Origin: a virus
Lineage: Duplodnaviria; Caudoviricetes
Length of the DNA: 64,000 bases
IMG/VR virus record: IMGVR_UViG_2935124990_000001
Coordinates: 27,888-91,887 of that record
Strand: one strand, 5' to 3'
A model generated the notes under the pieces. The model searched no databases and had not been told where the DNA came from. It worked only from the letters and a program-made list of their open reading frames with translations. Made by a program: the position numbers and the translations under genes. This document shows positions 34,432 to 43,575 of the stretch, piece after piece (position 1 is the stretch's first letter; each line of letters starts with the position of its first letter).

Positions 34432-35261
34432 GAGAGGGCTCCTAGGGCGTTGGGGCGGTCGAAGTGCGGGAGGAACTCCCGGATGCAGTGGGCGTGAGCG
34501 GTGGGGTGGGCGAGTGCGTCGTCGATGCTGCGATACGTGCCGTCTGCCAGGTCCGAGTCCTGGTGCGAGGCCCAGCCGCATTCCGCGCCGTCACGGACCT
34601 GGACGCGGGTGCAGCCGAGCTGCTCGTACGCCGTGGTGACGGCCCCGGCGTTGGCGGTCGTGACGGCCTGCCACGACAAGGCAGCCCCCGCCCACGTCTC
34701 GACGGGGTGCCGGGCGTCGTTGACGTAGATGACGGTGCCGAGCGGGTGCTGCTGGCGCAGGGCGTCGGGGTCGAAGCTCCCGGCGTCGAACTGGGTGACC
34801 CGGGCGCGGGCGGCGTCCTGGGCAGCGCGGAGGAACGCCTGGGCGCGGCGGATGGCTTCCTGGAGGCGGCCCATGAGGTCGGCGTAATACTGGGCGGTCA
34901 GGGTGGTGACGGTGCTCTGGTGCCGCCGGGTCCAGGACCACAGGCTGTGAGGCCGGTTGCCCCGGTCGAGCATGGCGAGGGACCCGTCCCGGTAGGCGGT
35001 GGGCAGGTCGGTGGCGGCCCACCGTTCGATGAACGCTCCGGTGTCCCGGCTGAACGTGGCGAGAGCCTGTTGGAAGGCGAGGACGGCGGCGCGGATGCGG
35101 GTGATGGCAGCCCGCCCGGGCCGGATCGCAGCAAGGGCGGCGAGGAGCCGGTCCTGGGCGACGGTGAGGATCCGCCACGCGCTCGTGAGGCGGCTGACCC
35201 CACCGCGGATGAAGTCGAGGAGGCGGGCGCGGAGGGTGCGGCGCCGGGTGGGGGTGGTCAT
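34428..35261 (-). CDS. Minor capsid / MuF-like head protein
   Basis: TTANAG..VQVRDGAECGW..PTAHAHCIREF C-terminal motif. Confidence 0.7.
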   Translation of the reverse strand: MTTPTRRRTLRARLLDFIRGGVSRLTSAWRILTVAQDRLLAALAAIRPGRAAITRIRAAVLAFQQALATFSRDTGAFIERWAATDLPTAYRDGSLAMLDRGNRPHSLWSWTRRHQSTVTTLTAQYYADLMGRLQEAIRRAQAFLRAAQDAARARVTQFDAGSFDPDALRQQHPLGTVIYVNDARHPVETWAGAALSWQAVTTANAGAVTTAYEQLGCTRVQVRDGAECGWASHQDSDLADGTYRSIDDALAHPTAHAHCIREFLPHFDRPNALGALS

Positions 35262-35593
35262 CGGCGGGGCCGTTCCACGAGCTGGATCAGGCCGAAGCTG
35301 CTGGTGTCCTCGTCGTCCGGGGCCGGCGGGTCGTCAGGGGCCGGGGGCTGCCCGGACTCCAGGGCTGCCAGTTGCCGTTCGTAGGCGGCAATGTTCGCGG
35401 ACGTGTTGATGGACACAACACCGGACACGGACACAGACCCGGGTGAGGCGAGGAGGTCGGCGAGGCGTTCGCGGACGACCTCGATGGCGACCGCGCGCCC
35501 GGTGCCGAGCCGGGTGTAGCGGGTGGTGAGGTCTGTGACGTCCGTGCTCCGGCCCAGCTGGGAGAGCAGCCACTCTCGTACGGCTGTGTCCAC
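35258..35593 (-). CDS. Head-tail adaptor-like protein
   Basis: From VDTAVREWL with GGAGG RBS; synteny after capsid. Confidence 0.68.
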   Translation of the reverse strand: MDTAVREWLLSQLGRSTDVTDLTTRYTRLGTGRAVAIEVVRERLADLLASPGSVSVSGVVSINTSANIAAYERQLAALESGQPPAPDDPPAPDDEDTSSFGLIQLVERPRR

Positions 35594-35682
35594 CGGGTCC
35601 TCCAGTCTGGGGATGGGCTGGGAAAGGGGTGCAGGTGCGGGCCCGGCCTGGCGCCCCACCAGGGGGCGGGCCCGCACACCGC

Positions 35683-36060
35683 TTACTGGCCGCCGGTGCC
35701 CTCAGCGGCGGCCGTCCGGCCCCGGGCCGGCTTACGGGCCGCACGGGTGGCGGCCGGCTTGGTGTCGTCGGAGGCGTCCCCGCTGGCGGGGGTGGTCTCG
35801 TCGGACTGGGTGTCAGCGCTGCCGGTGGCGTCCGAGTCGTCGCCAGAGGCGCCGCCCGGGTCGCTTCCGGAAGAGCCGTTGTCGCCCGCCGTCTCCGCCT
35901 TGGCCTTCGGGAGGCGAGGGAGCTTCCCGTCGACCCAGGCGGCCGGGTTCGTCACCAGGGCCGCCAAGCGGGGCTCCGGGCTGGTGCCCGGGTGCAGAAG
36001 CACCGTCTGGTGGGTCTCCGGGTCGTTGACGTATACGGGCCTGCTCAGCTGGGTGCCCAT
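35683..36060 (-). CDS. Small capsid-associated protein with low-complexity tail
   Basis: Follows capsid gene; LVTNPAAW. Confidence 0.65.
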   Translation of the reverse strand: MGTQLSRPVYVNDPETHQTVLLHPGTSPEPRLAALVTNPAAWVDGKLPRLPKAKAETAGDNGSSGSDPGGASGDDSDATGSADTQSDETTPASGDASDDTKPAATRAARKPARGRTAAAEGTGGQ

Positions 36061-36063
36061 GGG

Positions 36064-37128
36064 TCACCACACCGTCGCGGCGATGTGGATGTCCGAGGTG
36101 TACAGCACCGGCAGCGCTGCGGCCGAGCCCTTCGACCAGACCTGCGGCGGGTCGTCCTGGTAGCCGGTCGTGACGATGATGCCGGGGGCCTCTTCCCGCT
36201 CGATCGACGGGTTGCCGCCGTTGGAGAGGAGGATGCCCTCGGCGGTGAGCCCGTACTGGGTCTCACCCATCTGGCGGGCGTTGGGCGGCAGGAGGAAGTA
36301 CATGTTCTCCGGCAGGACCCGCACGTCGGTGCCGTTGGGCAGAGGGACCTTGACGTCGTACGGGGTGATCGGGGGGAGCCCGTACCGGCCGCGGACGACG
36401 TTGACCTCCTGCGGGGAGAGGACCGCGGTGGGGATGGTGTTCGCCGAGTTCACCGACCCGTAGTACGCGGCCCGGTAGGAGTCGTTGCCCATGGCGAGCC
36501 GCATCGCCTTGTAGGAGGTGACGGCACGGTCGGGCGTCGGGGCGCCGGAGGCGCGCAGGACCTCGATCCACCGCATCTCGTCGCCGAGCATGTCGGCGGT
36601 CGGGTCGGTCCAGGCGACCGGTGCGGTGGGCATGTTCGCGGCGGGGACCTTGTGGTCGGCCTCGATGGTGAGGTTGTTCTCCCCGGTGAGGGTGAACTTT
36701 CCGTCGATGAGGAGGTCGCCGGCGGCGAGTTCCAGGCGGTGCTTGATGGACAGGACGTGTGCGGCGGCGTCCTGGTAGACGTCGTCGACGACGTTCTGGG
36801 CGTCCATGCCGCGGGAGACGTTCTGGAGGATGGTCTCCAGCTCGCCGATGATGTACTTCTGGCCGAGCGGCAGGAGCTTCCCGCTGGTCGCGAACTGCGT
36901 GATCTCACGCGTGGCGACCTTGGTCTGCGCGTCCCACGCCCGGTAGGAGGCGGCGGCGACGCGTCGGCGGGTGCCCCGGTTCTCCCACATGACGGAGTTG
37001 ACGGTCCGCTCGGGGATGACGGACTGGGTGAGGAGGTAGTCCGCAGGGGTCTGGATCTCGCGGACGAACGCGTTGATCTCGGTCGGGTTGATGTCGCGGA
37101 GCAGGAGCTCCAGCATGTCGTTCGGCAT
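36064..37128 (-). CDS. Major capsid protein (lambda gpE-like family)
   Basis: 354 aa after decoration gene; ASYRAWDA, LLPLGQK, DDPPQVWSKG..LPVL. Confidence 0.88.
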   Translation of the reverse strand: MPNDMLELLLRDINPTEINAFVREIQTPADYLLTQSVIPERTVNSVMWENRGTRRRVAAASYRAWDAQTKVATREITQFATSGKLLPLGQKYIIGELETILQNVSRGMDAQNVVDDVYQDAAAHVLSIKHRLELAAGDLLIDGKFTLTGENNLTIEADHKVPAANMPTAPVAWTDPTADMLGDEMRWIEVLRASGAPTPDRAVTSYKAMRLAMGNDSYRAAYYGSVNSANTIPTAVLSPQEVNVVRGRYGLPPITPYDVKVPLPNGTDVRVLPENMYFLLPPNARQMGETQYGLTAEGILLSNGGNPSIEREEAPGIIVTTGYQDDPPQVWSKGSAAALPVLYTSDIHIAATVW

Positions 37129-37138
37129 GGTGGGCCCC

Positions 37139-37873
37139 TCAGATTCCGTAGACGAAGTTGGTGTTGGAGCCCGCGGGGATGTCCTTCGGGTCGAAGGCGA
37201 CCGGGAGCTTGGTCACGTCGATCTGCCCGTGGACCATGATCGGTGCGGCGATCTTCGTGGTGGTGGGGTAGAAGGACGCCTCGGTGAAGAGGAATCCGGC
37301 GAAAAGCTGGGTGCCGTCGGTGGCGGTGGCGGTGCCGCCGGCGGTGGTGGTGGCCATGGTGACGCCGGGGGTGGAGCCGCCGGTGAGGGACGCGGTCGCG
37401 CTGATCTGGGCGACGTTGTCGCCGAGGTACTGGCCGCCGAAGGTGAGGGTGTAGGGGCCGCCCGCGTTGCCGGTGACCTTGATGTCGCCGGGGTTGACGT
37501 TGGAGAGGTTCTCCAGGGCGGTCTGGACGGCGGCCGCGGTGGCGTTGTAGGCGATCGCGGCGGTGGTCTGTCCGCTGTAGGTGAGGGTGAAGGTGCCGCC
37601 GGTGGGGCCGCCGGTGACGGTGGCGGTCTGGACCTCGTTGGTGACGGCGGCGTACGGCTCGTACAGACCGGTGGCGGTGTTCTTCCCGAGAGGGATGCCG
37701 GACTTCAGCTTCCGCTCGGGCTGGTACTTCGACGCCTCGGTCCAGTGGAGGTTCTGGTCGAACTGGGTGAGGTCGAGGGTGACGGTCTGGTTGGTCTCGA
37801 TGCCGAGCATGCTCATCAGCCACGGGCGGCCGACGGCGTACGACTCGGTGATGGTGTACGGCTGGATGTCCAC
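37139..37873 (-). CDS. Head decoration protein with inserted beta module
   Basis: KSGIPLGK..GLYEPY and GFLF..HGQIDVTKLP halves interrupted by NEVQT..GGTFTLTYSGQTTAAIAYNA module. Confidence 0.78.
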   Translation of the reverse strand: MDIQPYTITESYAVGRPWLMSMLGIETNQTVTLDLTQFDQNLHWTEASKYQPERKLKSGIPLGKNTATGLYEPYAAVTNEVQTATVTGGPTGGTFTLTYSGQTTAAIAYNATAAAVQTALENLSNVNPGDIKVTGNAGGPYTLTFGGQYLGDNVAQISATASLTGGSTPGVTMATTTAGGTATATDGTQLFAGFLFTEASFYPTTTKIAAPIMVHGQIDVTKLPVAFDPKDIPAGSNTNFVYGI

Positions 37874-37912
37874 GCCGAACCCCTTTCGCGATGATCGCGG
37901 TGTGTGTGAGAG

Positions 37913-37942
37913 GGCACCTGCGTGGTGCCGTCCACGGGGGGT
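37913..37942 (-). promoter_or_regulatory. Conserved leader RNA hairpin motif, copy 2 (before decoration/capsid genes)
   Basis: mRNA CGTGGAC-GGCACC-ACGCA-GGTGCC. Confidence 0.65.
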
Positions 37943-37977
37943 GAGGGCGTGGTCCCTGGTCTGCGGGGTGACGCTGG

Positions 37978-38817
37978 TTATGCGGCTTCGGGGTTACGGA
38001 GGCCCATGCTCACGGCGCGCTCGCGGGCCTTCTGGGCGATGGCGTCCTTGCCGCCTGCGGGGGTGCGCGCCGGGGGGCCGCCGGCCGGTGCGCCGCCGGG
38101 CGCCGGGGGCAGGGTCTGCGGGGCGGTGCCGCCGAAGAGGACGGGGCGCCGCTCCTTGAGGGCGGTGGCGGCTTCGGTGATGGCGGCGTCGTCGGCGTCG
38201 TCGGCGACACGCAGGAGGGCTGCGGCGTCGTCGAGGTCGTCGCCGGTGGCACCGAGGCGGACGAGGGAGGCTCGGATGAGGCTGTCGCGGTCGCGGCGGG
38301 CGGCGGCGGCCTCGCGTTCGGCTGCGGCGGCGTCTCGTGCGTCCGCTGCCCGTTCGCGTTCGGCCAGGGCCTCGGCCTTGCGCTGCTCGTCGCTGAGCTG
38401 CGCCTCGCGGGCCTGCTTGGCGTCCTTGAAGAGTTTGACGAAGGAGGAGGGGTCGAAGGTCTCCGATTCGCTGAGGACGCCGTCGAACGGGATCCCGGCG
38501 GCTTCGGCGAGTTCCCTGAAGGCGTTGAAGCGGCCCTTGCTGTGCTCACGGGCCATGATCTTGCTGAAGCGGGCCTGCGTCATCGCGAGGCCGGTCTCCT
38601 GGTCGACGAGCGGGGCAGGCGGGCCCTGCCGGGTGGCGGGGTCCTGCTGCTGCGCTGCTCGCGCCGCGAGGTCGGCGGGGGTGGGGGCCTGGCCGGGAGG
38701 GTTGGGCGGGTTGCCGCCGTCGTTGTAGAACACCCCGAGGGCGGGGACCCCGGTGTACGGATGGGTCCAGGCCGAGTGGATGGCGGGGGTGCTGTGGTGC
38801 TGCGTGGGGCGACGCAT
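37978..38817 (-). CDS. Capsid scaffolding protein
   Basis: From MRRPTQH with GGAGG RBS; Pro-rich N-terminus, coiled coil, RPVLF. Confidence 0.78.
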   Translation of the reverse strand: MRRPTQHHSTPAIHSAWTHPYTGVPALGVFYNDGGNPPNPPGQAPTPADLAARAAQQQDPATRQGPPAPLVDQETGLAMTQARFSKIMAREHSKGRFNAFRELAEAAGIPFDGVLSESETFDPSSFVKLFKDAKQAREAQLSDEQRKAEALAERERAADARDAAAAEREAAAARRDRDSLIRASLVRLGATGDDLDDAAALLRVADDADDAAITEAATALKERRPVLFGGTAPQTLPPAPGGAPAGGPPARTPAGGKDAIAQKARERAVSMGLRNPEAA

Positions 38818-38844
38818 GAGCGCAAGTCCTCCCAGACTTGTTCC

Positions 38845-38856
38845 AGGCCCCGCGCC
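38845..38856 (-). promoter_or_regulatory. Late-leader motif GGCGCGGGGCCT before scaffold gene
   Basis: Identical 12-mer also at 40775 and 43495. Confidence 0.6.
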
Positions 38857-38882
38857 TTGATCCAAGGAAAGCACGACTCTGG

Positions 38883-40763
38883 TCATTCGTTGCCCCCGCT
38901 CCCCCGGGCCTCTTCGTCCACGGGGTTCTCCTCGTCGTTCTGGGCGGGGACGGGCGGCAGGGTTGGGGCGGGCGCCTGTGTGGTTTCGGGGGCTTCGCGT
39001 CCGAGGAACTTGGCGACTTCCTGGGCGTTTCCGAGGGCGTCGGCCAGCATGCGGGCGTCCTCGAACGAGCGGGCTTGGATCTGCTCGATCTCCTTCTCCG
39101 CGTCGTCGATCGGCCAACCGGCTTCGGTGAGCATGCGGATCGCGGTCTCGAGGCTGATGACCTTCGCCTGGTAGGCGGTGGTGACCTGCTCAAGGACGGC
39201 GCCCTTGTCGGTCGGCGTGTAGGGGCCGCGGATCAGCTTCGCGGGGAGCGGGGTGATTCCGGCCCAGTCGGGGTGCTGGCCGGCGAGGAACAGGCGCTGG
39301 ACGAAGCGGAGCAGCAGCATGTCCTTGTGGGCGCGGGCAAGGCGCATCCCGCCGATGAGGGAGTCGAGGGGGCCGAGGGACAGTTCGAGGGCGTACCCGG
39401 AGGGGACCTTGGAGGGGTCCATGGTGCCGAGGGCGACGGCGGGGAGGCGGGCGACGTTGGAGGCCCGGTCGGCGAGGTCGTGGCCGTGCTCGCGGAGTTC
39501 GCGGAGGGCTGGGGAGGTGTCGATGGTGGTGAGCTTGCCGTCGGCGCCGAGCTTGAAGACGACGCCGGGGCCGACGTTGTACTGCTGCTTGGCGTCGATG
39601 CTGGCCCCGGAGATCCCGACCATGGGGAGGCCGGTGGTGGCGGAGGCGCGGGCGGCGTCGGTGTCGGTGGAGGCAAGCTCGTCGAAGACCTGTAGCGGCT
39701 TCGCGAGGGACGACTGGCCCCAGTGTTCCTCGGCCGGCGGCACGGTGTTCGGGACGTGGACCAGCGGGATGAAGTCCACGTAGAGGTCGAGGCGGTCGAG
39801 GACTTCCCCGGCACCGTTGGTGGCGTACCGGGCACTCGCGGCCGGGAGGTTGTCGACGTCGTGGGGGGCCTTGAGGTCGCCGAGGTCCCAGGTGGCGTCG
39901 GTGAGGTAGCAGGTGCGGTACGTCGGCCGGTCGTTCCACGGGTACTGGCGGCTGATTCCGCCGTCGGCGTCGACCTGGTCGCCGCGGCCGATGAGCGGCA
40001 TCGCGGGGGTGTCGTCGGTGGGGTCGGTCATGAGGGGGGCGCGGACGGGGCGGCCTTGGCGGTCGACGCCGGAGGCGGTGGCGGGGCCGATCCAGTCGAG
40101 CTCGTAGGTGATGCGTCGCAGTCGGCGCTTGAGGCCGCGGGCGGTGTCTTCGGGGAGCTCCCAGGCAAGGTGGACCCGTTGGGGGTAGTCGGCGCCGTCG
40201 CCGTCTTCGGGGAGCACCGGGAAGTAGAAGCCGGGGTCGTACGTTTTCAGGCGCGGCCGCTGCTTGTCGGCGTCCCAGGCGAGGAGGTACACCCCGTCGC
40301 CGAGGCCGACAGCCTTGCGTTCGCACTGGAGCATCCGCATGGGCAGGAGTTCATCCTCGGCCCACTCGCGGAGGAGGTCCTGGACGCGTTCGGCTGCGGC
40401 GGCCGCGGTCTCGTTGTCCGTGTCGGTCTGCTCGGCGCCGGGGACGACGATGTGCTGCTCGCGGCCGAGGACGTGCGCGACGAGGGTGTCGATGAACATG
40501 CTGGGGTCGCCGTACTCGCGGCGTTCCCGGGCGGCCGGGCCGTCCCTCAGTTCGGCGAGTTCGGCGGCCTGGTTGTTGTCGTAGGCGCCGAGGAGCTTGT
40601 ACGCGGACAGGCGGCGTTCATGCTCGGCGGGGACCCAGGAGGCGTGGGCTTCGGGGAAGGCCCGGCGGTGGGGCATGCCGAGGTTGGGGTCGCTGAAGAT
40701 CGGTTTGTAGTTGAGCCACGACCAGGCGTCGATGACCACGTCCTTCAGGCCCACGGGGCGCAC
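38883..40763 (-). CDS. Portal protein
   Basis: 626 aa between terL and scaffold; GLGDGVY, FIPLVHVPN..WGQS, SGYALEL. Confidence 0.85.
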   Translation of the reverse strand: MRPVGLKDVVIDAWSWLNYKPIFSDPNLGMPHRRAFPEAHASWVPAEHERRLSAYKLLGAYDNNQAAELAELRDGPAARERREYGDPSMFIDTLVAHVLGREQHIVVPGAEQTDTDNETAAAAAERVQDLLREWAEDELLPMRMLQCERKAVGLGDGVYLLAWDADKQRPRLKTYDPGFYFPVLPEDGDGADYPQRVHLAWELPEDTARGLKRRLRRITYELDWIGPATASGVDRQGRPVRAPLMTDPTDDTPAMPLIGRGDQVDADGGISRQYPWNDRPTYRTCYLTDATWDLGDLKAPHDVDNLPAASARYATNGAGEVLDRLDLYVDFIPLVHVPNTVPPAEEHWGQSSLAKPLQVFDELASTDTDAARASATTGLPMVGISGASIDAKQQYNVGPGVVFKLGADGKLTTIDTSPALRELREHGHDLADRASNVARLPAVALGTMDPSKVPSGYALELSLGPLDSLIGGMRLARAHKDMLLLRFVQRLFLAGQHPDWAGITPLPAKLIRGPYTPTDKGAVLEQVTTAYQAKVISLETAIRMLTEAGWPIDDAEKEIEQIQARSFEDARMLADALGNAQEVAKFLGREAPETTQAPAPTLPPVPAQNDEENPVDEEARGSGGNE

Positions 40764-40774
40764 CTCTTCACACC

Positions 40775-40786
40775 AGGCCCCGCGCC
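40775..40786 (-). promoter_or_regulatory. Late-leader motif before portal gene, 8 nt after -10-like TACCCT
   Basis: TACCCT-GATCACAT-GGCGCGGGGCCT on minus strand. Confidence 0.6.
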
Positions 40787-40959
40787 ATGTGATCAGGGTA
40801 CGGGCCGAAGTCTCAGGTGTTGCCCCGGGCTGTTCGCGGCCTGTTCGGTCTCTTAGCCGGGTTTCACCCCGCGGAGGTCTTCAGAGTGCTTATGCTGACG
40901 CTGCGGTGACATCCAGTCACAGGCGTGTGCCCCCTTGCACCTATGAGGAAGGGGAGTAC

Positions 40960-41079
40960 ATGCCTGGACGTCACAGGAAGCCGCGAGCTAAACGAGGTGG
41001 GGCCCTGAGGACAGGGCTCACTGTCACATCGCTGATCGTTGGCCTTGTTCGGATTGCAGCCGAACTGGGCCTGATCTAG
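40960..41079 (+). CDS. 39-aa basic/hydrophobic peptide, candidate type I toxin
   Basis: MPGRHRKPRAKRGGALRTGLTVTSLIVGLVRIAAELGLI; AAGGGGAG RBS pairs with upstream CCCCTT. Confidence 0.55.
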   Translation: MPGRHRKPRAKRGGALRTGLTVTSLIVGLVRIAAELGLI

Positions 41080-41112
41080 GACAGCGGTCCTTCCCAGGGC
41101 CACCTCTCGCTG

Positions 41113-41141
41113 GAGCCCGGGGCAGCGATGGCCCCGGGCTT
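41113..41141. terminator. Hairpin after small peptide gene
   Basis: GAGCCCGGGGC / GCCCCGGGCTT. Confidence 0.55.
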
Positions 41142-41306
41142 CTCCATGCTCACCGTCGCGTCGTGTCCACTGACTTACGCAATGGTGTGCGGCTCCCAAT
41201 GTAGCCATGAGACAGAGGGATTACAGCGCTCCGGCGAATACTCACCCTCCTAATTCATAGATTATGAATCCACATTGTCGTCATATGCCCCTGGCAAATG
41301 CGCAGA

Positions 41307-42839
41307 TTATCGGCGCCCCGCCAGCCGCTGATCGCTGTACGCGCTGCTCCCTGCGGATGCTGTGGCCGGGTCGGCAAGCTCGGTCAGCAGGTGGACGGCG
41401 GCGTCCATGCGGTCCGGGGAGTCCATGCCGGGGATCCACGAGACGTACTGGACCTCGAGTCCCGGGAACTCGCCGACGTGGTGGACGTGCCCGTTCTCGT
41501 AAAGCTGCGCCACAGGCTCGGCCCGGAGCCGTTTGCCGACCTTGGCGGTGACCTCGATGATCCGCGGCATGAGCATGCCGCCGGTCAGGCGCTCGCGTTC
41601 CAGTTCCGCCCAGGCCTGGCGGATGATCTGGGCGGCCATGTCGCCGCCGAAGTTCGCCTCGACGACGAACGCGTCCGCCTGGAGCTCGATGGCAAGGAGC
41701 CCGGCTTCGCGCCCCCACTCGGCGGCGCCCATCTTCTTCGACTTGTCTGCGAGAAGGTACATCTCCCCCGCGTTGTCGCGGCCGCCTCCGATGAGGCCGA
41801 CTTCGTCGCTGTCCTCGCGCCCGCCGGCGGTGTCGATGGCGACGAGAGTGCGGGTCAGGTCGACGCCGCGGAACGCTTGGGCGGTGATGCGGTTCTCGGT
41901 GATCCAGGGCCACTTCCAGACGCCGCCCTCGAGAGGTCTGGGTTCCTGCTGATAGAGGGCCCACCAGCCTCGTTCACCGACTGCGCTCTTGAACCGGTCG
42001 AGGTGCTTGCGCTGGAACCGTTCGGGCCAGAGCGGGTCGCCGACATTCCGCCCAAGGGGGTCGTCGGCGGTCATGGCGATCGCGGGGAGGTTGATGACGG
42101 TCCAGTCCTCGGCTCCGCTCTGGAGAATGCGGCCGGCGAGGTCGTTCTCCGACCAGCGGGTCTGAATGACGATGATGGAGCCGTTGGGTTCCATGCGGGT
42201 GTTGATGACCTGCTGCCACCAGTCCCAGAGGGTGGCGAGCTTGACGGGGCTGTCTGCGTCCTTGGCGTCCTTCAGGGGATCGTCGACGATGGCGATGTTG
42301 GCGCCCATGCCAGTGAGGGAGCCGCCGACGCCGGCGGTGACGAGGCCGCCCTCGGTCCCGTCGAGGTCGAACCGGTTCGCGGCCTGGGAGCCGTAGCGGA
42401 GGTTGATGCCGATGGCGTCACCGTGCGCGCGAATACTGTCCCTGATCCACCGGCCGTGGCCCTCGGCAAGCTTGGCGGCGTAGGAGGCGATCATGACGCG
42501 GTGTTCGGGGTTGCGGGCCAGGTACCAGAGGGGGCCCCAGCGTGCTGCCCGAGCCGATTTCCCATGGCGAGGAGGCATGTTGAGGAGCACCCGCATGCGT
42601 TCACCTGCGGCAATGCGCACGAAGGCCTTGTCGATGAGGTCGAGGTGCCGGGCCTGCCACTCCCGGCCTCCCGTGAGCGCGGCCGCCATGGCGCCTGGGG
42701 AGCGTTCGATGGCCATCTGCTGCTCGGCCCACGCCAGGACAGCTCGGGTTTCCTTGTCGGCGAGGCGGACTATCTCGGCGCGCTGCTCGACGGGGAGGGT
42801 CTGGTAGACCGCCACCTGCCGCTCGATGGCGGTCGTCAC
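41307..42839 (-). CDS. terL: Terminase large subunit
   Basis: NMPPRHGKS Walker A, IVDDP Walker B, QTRW, VAID, SPDRMDA nuclease motifs. Confidence 0.95.
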   Translation of the reverse strand: MTTAIERQVAVYQTLPVEQRAEIVRLADKETRAVLAWAEQQMAIERSPGAMAAALTGGREWQARHLDLIDKAFVRIAAGERMRVLLNMPPRHGKSARAARWGPLWYLARNPEHRVMIASYAAKLAEGHGRWIRDSIRAHGDAIGINLRYGSQAANRFDLDGTEGGLVTAGVGGSLTGMGANIAIVDDPLKDAKDADSPVKLATLWDWWQQVINTRMEPNGSIIVIQTRWSENDLAGRILQSGAEDWTVINLPAIAMTADDPLGRNVGDPLWPERFQRKHLDRFKSAVGERGWWALYQQEPRPLEGGVWKWPWITENRITAQAFRGVDLTRTLVAIDTAGGREDSDEVGLIGGGRDNAGEMYLLADKSKKMGAAEWGREAGLLAIELQADAFVVEANFGGDMAAQIIRQAWAELERERLTGGMLMPRIIEVTAKVGKRLRAEPVAQLYENGHVHHVGEFPGLEVQYVSWIPGMDSPDRMDAAVHLLTELADPATASAGSSAYSDQRLAGRR

Positions 42840-43456
42840 CCCTCCGTCTCCTCGCCGCTGTCCTCGGCCGGGGTGGAGGTGGCTGTGTTCTCCGGGCTGG
42901 GGGCGCCGAGGCGGCTGGTGGCGGCCATGATCGCGGCCAGCTTCTCGGGGTCCGCGGTGGACACAGAGAGCGGACCACCGGCAGGTCCGGAGACCTCGGT
43001 CTGTACGGGCGCGTTGAAGCCGTTCAGGCTGGCGCGCCGCTCCCCGTTGCGCCGTCGGGCGTCGTCGATCTTGACGAGCCGGTCGATGGCCTGGAGTACG
43101 GGTCCGTCGTCTTCCATGGGCTGTTCGGTGTCGGGGTGGAGGATGACGCGGCCGTTGTTCACGAGGATGTGCCGGTTGGTGAGCACCTTGCGGGCGGCTT
43201 CTTCGAGTTCCTGGAGGCGTTCGAGTTCGGCGTCGAGGCGTTCGTTCTCCTGCTGCCGGTAAACCTTGGCCTCGGCGGCTTCCTCGTCGTGGTTCTTCTG
43301 GAGTGCGCGGGTGAGGTCCTTACGAGCGGCGCCGGCGGAGGCGTAGCCGAGGTCCATGATGCGGGGGTCGTCGAAGCGAACGCCGTGACGGCGCAGTGCG
43401 AGGAGTTTGGCGCGGCGGGCTGCGGTGTCGGCTTCAATGATCCGGCCTTTTGCCAT
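42836..43456 (-). CDS. terS: Terminase small subunit
   Basis: N-terminal HTH (LGYASAGAARKD), AIDRLVKI..RRASLNG; coupled to terL. Confidence 0.82.
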   Translation of the reverse strand: MAKGRIIEADTAARRAKLLALRRHGVRFDDPRIMDLGYASAGAARKDLTRALQKNHDEEAAEAKVYRQQENERLDAELERLQELEEAARKVLTNRHILVNNGRVILHPDTEQPMEDDGPVLQAIDRLVKIDDARRRNGERRASLNGFNAPVQTEVSGPAGGPLSVSTADPEKLAAIMAATSRLGAPSPENTATSTPAEDSGEETEG

Positions 43457-43494
43457 GGCGGTGGGGCTCCCGCTGTGTGTGGTTGATCTTCGTT

Positions 43495-43506
43495 AGGCCC
43501 CGCGCC
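43495..43506 (-). promoter_or_regulatory. Late-leader motif before terS
   Basis: GATCAT-CAGAAACA-GGCGCGGGGCCT on minus strand. Confidence 0.6.
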
Positions 43507-43575
43507 TGTTTCTGATGATCCCTGATGTGCGGGGTTTCCTTCCCCCTGCCCGGTGGGGGTGTCATCCTGCGGCGC

